From positions 16,182,001-16,246,000 of the forward strand of contig OZ249437.1 in the NCBI GenBank assembly GCA_965235115.1: a stretch of 64,000 nt of DNA, written 5' to 3'. Positions 1-12,000 of this stretch are shown in pieces. Source of the stretch: Laetmonice hystrix (Eukaryota). Numbering within the stretch: position 1 is the stretch's first letter; each line of letters opens with the position of its first letter. Made by a program: the position numbers and the translations under genes. The notes under the pieces are model-generated. The model was not told the DNA's origin and searched no databases. It worked only from the letters and a program-made list of their open reading frames with translations.

Positions 1-302
1 TCGCCTGGAGGCCCGGGGCTCGCTGGAGGAGGTCTGATCACCAGCTCGGCATACCTCCTCGGCAGTTCTACCACCTCCTGCACACCTAACACCGTTTTCG
101 ATTCGTTTCTTTCCAGGCCATGCGCGCCCCTCTGGTGTCTGTGGAGACAGTGAGTGTCTCCTTGGGAGTTCAGGCTGTCAGGTAGAAGGAGCGAATCAGG
201 GCGTTTAGCACTCTTACCATTGACGGAGTCGGTAAGAGTTGCGGCTGCCATACTGCCGTTAGTGTTTGGAGAGAAACATGGAGTTTGGTCTGTTGACGCC
301 AT
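1..302 (-). CDS. Partial coding exon of an unidentified gene running off the left edge (MASTDQTPCFSPNTNGSMAAATL...VIRPPPASPGPPG)
   Basis: Minus-strand ATG at 302-300 follows an acceptor-like tttatttgtccag (exon start 304). The frame stays open for about 100 codons to the window edge. No homologue recognised. Confidence 0.45.
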   Translation of the reverse strand, partial: MASTDQTPCFSPNTNGSMAAATLTDSVNGKSAKRPDSLLLPDSLNSQGDTHCLHRHQRGAHGLERNESKTVLGVQEVVELPRRYAELVIRPPPASPGPPG

Positions 303-1736
303 CCCTGGACAAATAAACAAACCACGGTGCCGTGTATATACTATATGCCCTACAGGACTTAGCTATGTCAATCGGTCGCCGCTTGATTGTAAAGAGCTGA
401 TCCTACATGAGGCGTATGTGGGTCAACAGTCCTCTGCCCTTTTTCAGATATACGTTGTCCTATGCGGATAACAAGTGTATATGTCCAGGCGGCGTCACAG
501 AGGTCAGCCCAATCAGCCTTGGGTCCAACTTGTCACAGGTTGTGGCCAGCAAGCAGGGACGACCACGTCCAGGCTACGCCTGCGTGGAGCCGCATGTGTT
601 GCTTGTCATTTCAAAATGATTTCAATCATGTCTACTTTGGCAGCGGAACCGACGGCAGACCTACATAATTATAACATGTTTGGGCCGACACTGTGCCTGT
701 ATTGCCAAAACATCCATAACCTATAGGTATAGCTATATGTAGTTCAACTCCAACCCTGGGCGAAGTCCGACCAATGTAGCCCTGTGCTGTTCAATCCACA
801 GGTGCGCGCGTCTTAGATCTATAGGCCTCTATATAGATGTATTATCCTAGGAGTCCCGCGTCTGAAGTAATAAAAGTCAGGTTCGGTTCCGACCTAGAAA
901 AGGATAAAAACACCCCACGGCGAGGAACAATCAGGGGGCGGGTTCACCACGTACAACGTACTTCTGAGAAGTTAAGTGCTTACGCGGCGTCCCACTCACA
1001 AAGCCCCGGATACGGTGGAGAACGCCTAAAGGGTATACAGGTTACCTACCTGAAGCGGAGAATCTATGATCAGTATACGACCTGGTCACTGGTGAGACCA
1101 TGAGTTTTAACCATGGCTATTTATATAGCCATAGATCTATACGAGGGGGAAATAGGATCTAAGAGTTACATAGCTCATTCAAGAGCGAGTCGTCTGATGT
1201 GAGGTTACATGTATGGCGAATTGGCTCAAAAAGAAAATATAGCCGTTCAGAGAGCAAGTACATAGGCCTATACCTATATATCACGAGGAATTCTCATGAT
1301 AAAGGGTATTTTCTACCGGAACCGACGACTATGAACGGATATATATAGAGCTAAACTCTTAATTGTTACCTCCGAAACGGGAAAAATGGGCGAATGTAAT
1401 GAAGAGAAGTAAAGGGGCAAAAAGAAAGAAAGAACGAAAGGGGCAAAAGACGGAAAGAACGAAAGAAAGAAAGAAAAGATATCAATCCTCCCCTCTGTGG
1501 ATACGTAATAAAAAGAGGGCCTCTTTATTATTAAGAAAATAAATGAAAACAACTTTGACAAACACACTTTGGTTGTTCATTGACAAAGTATATACACCCA
1601 GGATAACAATAACTTTATCGGTTAAACCTCATAACTAATTGTATAACCAGCTCTAGATCTATACGATACTTGGCTTCTGCTGCAGAAAACCATAGAAACC
1701 ATTTAATAATCATTCGAAGCCACCCATATAATATGT

Positions 1737-3431
1737 CTAATCATAGTCCAGTTCATTCTGTGTCTCATATATAAGATTGTTAATTTTGCTTTTCAGAGCT
1801 CTCTTTTGTCTTGGGTCGGTAATGCTGCGAAGTTCTGAGGCAACATATTTGGCATAAATATCATCTTCATCCTCTGTGCGAAGATGAATTGGTTGAGGTT
1901 GTATGGGATCAAGAAATGACTGTCTGATAGCGAGTGTATTCTCATCCTCGCTGTATTCTCTCGGACGTTTATACGATCTCTGAACTATGGGACTGTCTGG
2001 GGGTACTATGGAATCCTCCATCTGTGACGTGTCCGGTTGACTCGACCACGGTTCATAGTTGGAGTCATCCTCAGCTTCCAACTTTAGGATTTCATCGGTC
2101 ATACCTTCACTTCGTCTGAAGCAAGAGAAGAAAAACAGTTTTTTAAAAAGTCACAAACGACATGAAAAAGGGCACTGATACTTTTTTTTCCATTATAAAG
2201 AAAACACAGAAATTCTTGCACGTACATATATTGGTGTCCAATTTCACACCTTTTTTATTTATTTATTTTTTTGCTCTAAAGTCAGAATAAATGTAAGGAT
2301 TTTTTATTACTGAGAGTTACCAAGTCTCACAATGGGTTCGGGGAATAAATTCTTATGCTCGATTCTGGGCAAGAACCTTGATGCCTAATTGTCAACTTGT
2401 AACAATATTAAAACATTTTTAAAGAAAGAGTTGCAACTCACATTCGGATCTGAATATATGGTTTGAGGAAACCCATCATTTCAAAGAATCTCCATCGAAC
2501 TGGTCTTCCCGATCCGTCCTTCGCTTTAATCTCTTTCTTCAGTTCTCGGATATAGACATCTCTCATGTTGCGGAACTTCTTATGTGCTTGATCCTCTGAA
2601 AACCAACATCAGGATCATATCTATAGCTCTCCAACATAACTGACTCCCCGCTTGTAAAAATTCAGCTCTAAGCTGGTTTTAAACATTTTAGTTTCTTGTT
2701 TTATATTAATATAAATTTATTTAATAATCATTTGGCAGTGCAGAAACACGAGAAACTGGCGAGTTGTTGTCATGGGGGGGGGGTCTATTTAAATACTATA
2801 TCTGAGTTAAGTTTATTATATATTTTATAAAGAACTTTTTTATTAAGCAAAGAAGTACGGGTACGTGTATATTACAAACTGCCATAATATATATTGTATA
2901 CTTGATGATGTTAGAAATCGGCGTACACCACACGCGGCTAGCCTACTTTATCACATCATTATATGAGAGAGGGAGTGACCCAACTGCAGTCGTGGCGCCA
3001 TCTATTGATTGACGAGTGCACTATCCCCAACACACAACACACTCACACGCCCGTTTCACTTTTAGTGTCAGACTAAACAAAAACCGCGCGAGAATGACGT
3101 CATTAAAATACAGACGATCACAACTAAATCCGGTACTGGGAAGCCTAGATCTTCCTAAATCAAGGTCCCTTTTTAACCAGCCTGCGCCCCGACAGTGGCA
3201 GTGGACAGAGAACAGTCTGTTCCGGGTAGGCCGGCCGGAGTTTACAAAATGGCGGTCGCTACTCGTAAACCTACTTGACATCCCGACCGTTGCGCCGACA
3301 TCTCTCCACGCCATCTCTCTCACTTCCAGATGGCCGTAGTCCGGTGTGTCCTTGGCGTACAGACATGGACGTTTAGCCACCTCCTGTATGAGGGTGGTGG
3401 TGATTTTCTCCGGAGTCATTCTACGATCCAT
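1737..3431 (-). CDS. MADF (Myb/SANT-like) DNA-binding protein with a C-terminal BESS-like motif; 3 exons
   Basis: Exons 3431-3275, 2595-2442 and 2115-1737, all GT-AG and in frame. They join to give LIQEVAKRPCLYAKDTPDYGHLEVREMAWRDVGATVGMSKDQAHKKFRNMRDVYIRELKK...WRFFEMMGFLKP (MADF signature) and DEDDIYAKYVASELRSITDPRQKRALKSKINNLIYE (BESS-like). Confidence 0.85.
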
Positions 3432-3585
3432 GGCGACGTGCTGGCTCCGCGATGTGTCGTACGACCGTCGACAATCGTTGGGGCTTGTTCTCGGAGTGCA
3501 CGACGCCACGACCGGATGGAGCGGTGAATCAATTAGGGCCGACCTGACTATTGCCAGCCGACTGCATGCGTCCAAAACCAATTTA

Positions 3586-3694
3586 GGCCTAATTAAAATT
3601 AGATCTCAGTTATTTCGCATGCGCTCAGCAGCACTGACACAGCCGAGATAGACGCGGAATACCAAGATCTATCGAGCCTAATTTTAATTAGGCC
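3586..3694. mobile_element. Small inverted-repeat (MITE-like) element
   Basis: GGCCTAATTAAAATTAG at 3586 and its reverse complement CTAATTTTAATTAGGCC ending at 3694. No clear TSD. Confidence 0.45.
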
Positions 3695-5029
3695 CACGCC
3701 TAGATTGCGTCAAAACTGGAGAACCGGGAAATTAATATTTTGGCGGGAAACTGACAGCTGCTATTAAAAAAATAATACTAGGCCTAAGTCTAGAGGGTCT
3801 AGGCCTAAGAGAATCGATAATAGGCCTAGGTCCGGCTCTCGGCCCTTTCCACGGGGGGGGGGGTCAAGGCAAATTCCGTTTTTCAAAATGGCCACTTCCG
3901 GTTTTTTTTCAGTTATTTTTTTACTTTTCTTCTGTTTCCAGATAGTTTTTCTTTTTAAAAAAAATTACACGTAATTCTAACAGAATATTTAGTAAAAACG
4001 CGCCTGTAATATAGGCCTAGATCTATATATAGCCTACATAGGCCCTATAAGCAACAAATAAACACTTTTCCCCAAAAAATAGGCCTAATGATTTTATTGC
4101 TGTTAATTCTTTTGTTTGAAAAAATAGGATTCCGTTTTCGTCAAGCAATTCGGATTATTCCGCGAATTCCGCTAGTTTTCCGTGATCGCGGAAAACAGAT
4201 GGCCCTATATATAGGCCTGCATGCAGCATGGTGCTGGTCTATAGACTCCTGAGGATGTGACCCTTTCCTTCATTCAGCAATGCATTAAATATGATCAGAG
4301 TTAACTTTTGGATCTGCCAAATAGGCCTATTGGATTCAAATCTGTGAATCTGTTTGCTGGGTAAGCAAGCCTCTGAAGCAAAATACATTGCCCTTCAATA
4401 TAGGCCTACCCGACCAATAATTATCCTATCCGGACTGACGAAGTGGTTAGAAAATTATATCAAAGCCATTAGGCTACAAGTGTGTCTATATGCTGCTTCT
4501 CAAATCCAAAAATTTGTCAGTGGGAGGAGTACTTTCTCAGGAAAATCGTAAATACTTCTCAAGTGTGGGCTTGGTCCTCAGCAAATTCCTCATGCATGAG
4601 TAGGCCTATAACAAACTTCCTCATCAGACAAGACGTCTAGGCCTACTGCTGACAGAAGTTCCATGCTGCCATGGGTAACACGAAGAGAACACGTTCCAAT
4701 GAGTGCCTACTTTTCCACCTGAAATCCTAAAGACACGCCGCCCTGCTTTCTATTTTTTGTTTAGACTTCAGTCTGTTCTGATCACTTTCCAAATGTTTCT
4801 GGCACACAGATTCAAAGTGTGAAATCTAAAGTAGACTCTACACGTATTTAGATTTATGTTGTATTATTAGCACATTGTATTAATTGTGCGGGCGGAAAAT
4901 TTCATAGATCTATGGGTGAAATTTCATAGAATGGGCCGATGCCTCATTAAATTCACCGCGTGTGCACAAAAGTTGCACTCTTCAAAGGCATGTGAAACGG
5001 GCCAATGGCCGCATAACCGGTGTACCATC

Positions 5030-5098
5030 AGAGGGACTCAAACAACTCTGCCTGGCGGAACCTGTACGGGTGGTCAGGTCGTGACCTTGCCTCACGTA
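5030..5098 (+). repeat. Dispersed repeat; second copy is inverted at about 15525-15597 in a WLS intron
   Basis: aacaactctgcctggcggaacctgtacgggtggtcaggtcgtgaccttgcctcacgta matches the reverse complement of tacgtgaggcaaggtcacgacctgaccaccggtacaggttccgtcaggcagagttgtt. Confidence 0.75.
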
Positions 5099-5807
5099 TT
5101 TTTGTCGCACGTCGTGTATATTGCAAGTCGCACCCCGAAACAACAACCTAAGCGGCTGCCTGCCCACTCGGTGGCACTGCTGCCGCCCGACCCTTGTGTC
5201 GTAATCCGGTAAATTTATGTGACTATATACCTGCACCGCGTGCGGACTGTTACCTCGTATTTTAGGGTAGGCCTAGAGGTAAGGTTGTAAACCCGTTGGT
5301 GTGGTGGGGCCTAGTTTGGGGCTGGTAATGATGGAAAAGGACTGCCATAAAGTTCACCAATAAATCTACTAGGGGTCGCTATAATATAGTCGAGTCTTTT
5401 GGGGAGGCCCAAATGGTATTGCTAATTGGTGGCATGGCTTCCCCCTGCCCAGGTGTAATGCAACCCCACCCCCACCCCCTCAAAAGGTCCTGTGCACGGC
5501 CCTGACGAAAATACTGCAATATATTTTTCTTTTTTAATTTTTCAAACACTACCAGAAAATGAACATTTCCATGGATATACGGTATGTTAATTTGTGATGG
5601 CGAATTAGTAACTGACATTTCTGTGTACATGTATACATAATTTCAATCCACTTGAACAATACATTTATATGTACTACAAATAAACATGTGACGGAACGCT
5701 TTTAACTAAGTTTTATCCCAAGCCGTGCATCAACATTCAATATTAACCACAATAAGCAGTATGCAGTAACTGTCCAGTGTCCATAGCCAGCCATTATTTA
5801 GGAAATG

Positions 5808-7214
5808 CTAGGCTATATCTTGGTATAACATTCCAAGGGCACCCTTGCACTGGTTTAGTTCACTTTCAGTCTTAGCAATGCGGTCGAAGGTAGCAAAGAG
5901 TTGCTGCAGCTTCTGTTGCATAATTTTACTCTGCTGGTCGTACATTCCGAACATGGCCTCCTCCACATCGGTTGTTATTTTTTCAACCTGGTTTTGAAAA
6001 AAAGATCAGAAAAATATTAAAATAAAGTTCTGTAAGATAGGATATAGTTAGAGTTATGCTCTAACTGAGCTTTATACAATTACTACATACCAAATAAAAT
6101 TTTATATCTAGATCTAGTAATAATATACATGTACTTCAATATTTATTCCAAATATACAATCAACGACTTAATTTATTATAATATAGGATGATTATAAAAT
6201 GATATAAAATGATTATATAAATTGGTACATTTGTAAGGAGAGCTTTCTTGAAGTCCAGAAGTAATTGTGAATCTTGTTTTCTTTTGTCGTTGATATCATC
6301 AATCAACTGCTGTGCCTCTTTCCTCAAGTTTTCCTTGGTATCAACATCGTCCATGCCTGGGCGAACGACACTAGAGATTTGTGAAGGATCTCCGACAACA
6401 GGCTGAGGTTCACCCTGAGAGTCTGAGACACCCTCAACTGCAGACTCGAGGGCGCTGAAACAAAAGTATGGTCATCACATAACATAAAGCACTCCTCCGT
6501 TGTAGTCCTGCTATTCCTTTTTTACTCAGGTTACATGTTTGCTCATCTGTTAAAGTAACTTAACCCCCATTGTTTTCATTAAAATGTAATCCTCTCATTG
6601 TTCAGAATTAAGATGAATGCGAGGTACATTTATATTGGTATAGAAACTACAGATTTCCAGACTCTCTGGCTTGGTAATTCACGGCTAGATCGTTTGTTGT
6701 TGACAGCGCAATAATATACGAGGAAACTGTCGCTGCCATACGCTTTGAACTACTAGGCCTAGTACAATGGGGTTTTAGAGATCTATGAAACAAAGCTAGT
6801 CAGCTGAAGATAGTGGGAAGAAAAAGAGCAAGAAGTGGAGCTACTGCAGGTTCTTTTATTTTTCACGATGAAACGACTATAATTTCGTTACATGTGCAGA
6901 AACGTAGGTCACAGGAAGAAATAATTGCGACCAAAGTAGACTTTATTTAGTTAAGCTTACTGTTAGCCTCTTATTCTCGACATGAAAAAAAAGGAGAGAT
7001 AAATGCTGTAAAAATGGGATGTCTGATGTTTTCAATACTTAAAAATGTTTTTTAACCTGGCAGGTTTGTCAACTGGTTGAGTTGTTTCAGCCTGGGTGTT
7101 ATTCTCTGTGTTATTCTCGCAATTGTTTGCCAGAGAACTCTCAACAGGCGTGGTTGAACGTTGCGTGGTCGGTTCCCCTTCACAGCGGAGATCACTGGCT
7201 GAGGTCTCATCCAT
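5808..7214 (-). CDS. SYCE2: Synaptonemal complex central element protein 2 homologue; 3 coding exons
   Basis: Exons 7214-7057, 6454-6229 and 5987-5808 join in frame. The C-terminal coiled coil LRKEAQQLIDDINDKRKQDSQLLLDFKKALLTNVEKITTDVEEAMFGMYDQQSKIMQQKLQQLFATFDRIAKTESELNQC resembles the vertebrate SYCE2 core as I recall it. A probable 5' UTR exon ends near 8280 (donor gtaggt). Confidence 0.75.
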
Positions 7215-7478
7215 TTCGATACGGTATCAACTAAAATGTTAAATACAGTCATAGCTCGTATCACTCTGGGTCAGCTGTTCATTTGTCAGGAATAAACCGA
7301 TAGTTAGTGGTAACTTGTCAGGGCCATCCGGGTGGGGGTGGGGGGTGAGTGGGGGTGGGGGTGGGGGGGGGGGTGCAGTCATCTAGTCTGAGAAACTCAG
7401 ACTGGTCGTTCAGCAGTCATGACAATCAGTCGTCCAGTATTCCTAATTTTATATTTTTATGGGATATTTGTTAATAAC

Positions 7479-7915
7479 CAGGGCTCGAAAAATCACGTGC
7501 CCGAGTGCCCGGGGGCACCTAAATTTTTATCAGGGCACCTAAAAAAGGATTCTGTCATGAAAGAACGTGCCCAGACGGGCACCTTCAAATGACTCAGGCC
7601 ATTACACATACGTACAGTCACTACATGTAGGCCTGTACTTAGACTCATGACAGTCAGACTTTCATGGCTTGATATCATCCCCCTCCTCCATGCCAAATTT
7701 GCCCTCTATCTTCTTCTTGTCACAATTCACAGTCGCAGAAGTTTAAGAAAAATATAGTAGACTAACTCTTAGCATGACATTATCATTCAACTCTTAATGG
7801 CCGGACACCAACTCAGAATGGCCGGGCACCAAGAATTTTGAGAATAGATACTAAGATAGGGAAAAACTAGGTGCCCGGGAGGGCACCTAGCGTTCAGAAA
7901 ATTTTTCAACCCCTG
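7479..7915. mobile_element. CAGGG-ended MITE (same family as 53080-53594)
   Basis: Ends CAGGGCTCGAAAAA and TTTTTCAACCCCTG with a flanking 5-bp direct repeat ATAAC. About 120 bp of the interior matches 53475-53594 in inverse orientation. Confidence 0.75.
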
Positions 7916-9017
7916 ATAACCCCTCCCCGGATTCTAATTTTTCTTTTTTCTCCATTAAACTTTCTGAATCGACCATGCTACCCCCCCCCCCCCCCCAAGC
8001 AAATTCTCCCCCTTAACCCCCTCTCCTAGGTATCTACAGACTATAGCCAGGGCGGATTCAGGATTTTGGAAATGGGGGGGGGGGGGGGGGCGTGGGGGGG
8101 GGGCGTGGGGTCTGAGACTGAGAGTGAGACTCAGTAAGCTCGAAGCGAAGGATCAGGCGCAGATCGATGCACAAGCCCCCCCCCCCCTCCCCCCCGGATC
8201 ATGTACCGCCCCTGATCACAATATTTAAAACGGGACTCCCGGTAACTCAACCTCACCTAGTAGGCCCTACACCTACTCAGCGTCACCCAGTTGCTGCTGT
8301 CAGTCGCCTCAGTGCTGGTTTGTTTATTTCTCCCAGCTGATTACAGCAGAATGTCGTCTGCTAGAATTTGTCGAAACGTGGTCACGTCTTGCGTCTCTGC
8401 GGAAATACACCTAATATTAATAATATATCATTTCTCCTGGAAAACTAATATCATAAAATGTTCTTGTCCTACTGTCTGAACTAGGGAAACTTTAACTGTG
8501 TTGTGCTTCGAGAAACAGCCTAGTTTACAACATTGTCATTGACATCTAGCCTAGTTCGTGTATTCCGCCTCCCCCGTCGAATCATTCATGCTGTTGAAAA
8601 TGGCCGCCGAGGGACGAGTTCATGATTATGGGGGTTAAGGTAGGCCACTATGTACTACAATATCTTTTAAACGTCTCATAAACTACCTATCAAACAGCTA
8701 ACATGATGTTTCAACTAATATAATTTGCTGTTTCTGTCTACATACATGGATAAAAGTAACTGTTTCATAAATGTCATGTTGACCCAAGCTGACGCCCCTA
8801 TAGAATATTTCTATGAAAAAATCGACCCTTCCATTCTCTCAAAGCCGAGGTTGAGGACGGCAGCCTCGTAGCCATCCCGAGACCGATAAAGTTGCAAGTG
8901 AACGGCGGGGATTTGGTGGAGTATTTGATCAGGGCTGGCTGTGTCCTGTAATAAGGCCATCTTGCCGACAGAGCCACATGTCCTGAGGTTGCAGAGGTTG
9001 ATATAAGAAGCTGCAAA

Positions 9018-12000
9018 ATGGCGGGGGTTGTTCTGGAGACTCTGAGTAATCGCAAACTGATTACACTTGCGGTGACGATCTTCGTGGTGTTGGTCGTATT
9101 CTTCCTCATCGGTGGGTTGATAGGTAAGTCGAGTGGACCATTTCTTATTCTTACACCGCACTCGTAGATCTCCTAGGCATCTCAGGATTGCTTTGATTCG
9201 TTTTAAACTTTAGCGTAGCATCTAAATAGGACACTGTTTGCCTGCTAAACAGATTTGTTTTGAAACGACCTGGGTCAAATAGTCTGTGTTATTCCGCGGA
9301 CCCTCTGACCGGGTGCACTGGGCCAGACACAGTCGGCGGCGAGCCGCGCTGAGGCCGCGGGTTCTGACGGCGTTCGTCACAGACGAACTCGGTCAAGGCT
9401 GGCAGTGCTCACCCGGGCATGTGGACGCTGTGCAGCAGCGCGTCTAATGACTGACAGAAAGCTAGCCAGAGCTCTGTCCGTTCTGTAACAAGGCAGGCTA
9501 CAAGTTGAAGAGGTACCCAGGGGGAGGTCCCCCCCCCCGCCCCAACAAAACAAAATAGCTGACCCAAGTTGAAGTTGCCCATGTTTTATTGTTTAGTATG
9601 AACCACGTTTGTCAGATTTCTTACATGGAACCCCCCACCCCACCCCTCAGCCCAATCATGGGTACAGTCTTTTAGGCAGTTCCGAGAAGCGCTTTTGATA
9701 TCCGCTACTGACAATCTTCAGGCATATCCTGGATATGTAAAAGGATGGTCGATCTGTCGAGCAATCATCCGTGTTTTATCCATATAAAGCTTAGAACTCA
9801 ATGTCAATTCATTTGTTTGTGATGTGCCAAAGTTTACTGGTCGGATTTTGGCCAGTTCCGATACACTTCCGGTAGTTGCGAGAAACGCCATCTCGTGAAA
9901 AGATGCCGGCGATGAGGGCCCGTTTCAAGATGTTATCGTGCCATATTATGGGCCTAATAAACCACTACATTATGGTAAATGAGCTTTTCTTTGTCAAACT
10001 TTTGATTTTTCATAGTAAGACAGACGAGTACGAGTACACCTACAAGCGCTGTGGATGTGGGCATCCATCTTTGCATACAAATTTGCATGTCACTAGATGG
10101 CGTGTAGATCTACGGTCCTACACGCCATCTAGGCATGACTTATCGCAACTACCTGAATTGCCACACGAGCATTTATGCTGCTAATATTCTGGCACTACGT
10201 GTAAACATCATACAACTTTGCCAGTTTATTGTAGTGGTATTGTCACTTCACCTTAGCAAAAAAGAAGGTTAAGCTCAGTTTGGTTTTGGAGAAACGGTGC
10301 TCCAATGTTCGAAGCTCCCGTTTTGCGTCAGCGCCCGCTAATGTGTGCCGTCCGCAACTGGATGTAACCTGCTGTGTCACGCGAACACGGATGGCCAAAA
10401 TATCGCGATTTTTTCATCAGAGCCAGAAAATATGTAAGGCTTTACTACCCTGACATCAAATATGTGTCAGAATGAAATCTTTCAAAACTACGCCTGAGCG
10501 AATCTCACATTTCTCGCAACTACCTAATTCTCGGAACTGCCTAAAAGACTGTACAGCCGTACAGCACTACAGTACAGCCAGGCCTTGCAACCCTAACCTG
10601 AACGTACATTCTCAACTTGCCATTGGCACCAAGTTTTCTCTCTCTTTTTTTCTTCTCATTTCAGAATCCTTGACCCTATTCTGTATTAGTTAATGAAATT
10701 TAGGAAAACTTTGTTCTGAAAATAAAAGGTCCTTGAATCCAAGGCAAGAGGCAGGGCAGTGCAGAAATTGCAAAGCAAAATGTAAACGAATCATCTAGGA
10801 CTAGGGTGCGTTTCAATAAGGAAAGATGTCTTTGCCGAAAGAGTCTTTCAAAAGACGTCTTTTCGGGACCAGTGTTAAAGATTGTGGAAACACCACGTCG
10901 CCGCAAAGACTCTTTGGGGGTTCCCTGAGGGTCTCAAAGAGTCTTTTGGGCTTCATAGAAACGCACCCAAGTCTTCCTCAAATCAGTCCAATTACGTGGG
11001 CGTCTGCAGGGGGGCAAGGGGGCAGCCCCCCGGATCATCCGCCACCTCCACGTTTCTGTTGCCTTATTAAGTTCACATATGATTTTCGTCAAGTTTGCCC
11101 CTAAAATATTTCCTGCTGATGCCCATGTCGAGTTATGATATCAGGGGCGGATCTAGGGTCTATATTCAGGGGGGGTCCGAGGGGGGTCCAGCATAAAAAG
11201 GGCAAATCGAGGGGGGGGGGGGGTCCGTTGTAAAACCAAAAGGCATTTTGGTTATAAAAAATTAAATTTGGCAAATTTGAGGGGGGGTCCGGACGTCGCC
11301 GACACCCCCCTGGATCCGCCACTGTGATATAGATAATACGGATAGCATATTGGGAAAAGAAAGTTTAAGAAATGCCACACTGGGAGTGGGACGATGCAGT
11401 CAGTCTTTCAGAGTGACAGAGGTGCTGTATTAACTTGCATTAATAAAACACGGCATCAATGACACTTTGGTAGGCACCCAGTCCCAGGTAAGATCGGTGC
11501 AGGGTTGGGTAACATTACAATCGATGGCACAAGATTATAGAATAATACTGATGTGTGAACAGAAAGCTGTGGATCTGACTGTGGTGATGTGTTCAACACA
11601 GCATAGTTATTGATTGGTGGTCACTGAAGCCATCCGTATAATGTGTCCCTAGGGGTCAGTGAGAAATGGGCGTATTCTAGATCAGAGTCCAGATGGCTGA
11701 TACCTCGCCCCCTAGTGTACACCACAGGGAGTACTCGGTCTACAGACACAGAGTAAGCTGAGCAATTTGTCTCTGTCTTTATGGTTTACTCATGCATGCT
11801 AATTGGGTGGCAGGAGACACAGAGTGCTGTTGGTGACTAATAAAGTATAATAAACCAGCTCCCCTCTCCCCAGAATTCCAACATGGGGGGGGGGGGGGGG
11901 GGGTAGGTACCCGAAGAGAACGGCAGGCATGCAATTGCATGAACACCATCACACAATTTGTAAAATCAATCTTGGTACGCAAAATCGCAAATTAAAATCA

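Noticed and set aside
8811-9161. 116-aa and 103-aa minus-strand ORFs
   Set aside because: They are antisense shadows of WLS exon 1; the plus strand gives the recognisable [14 protein letters not shown] start with a GT donor.
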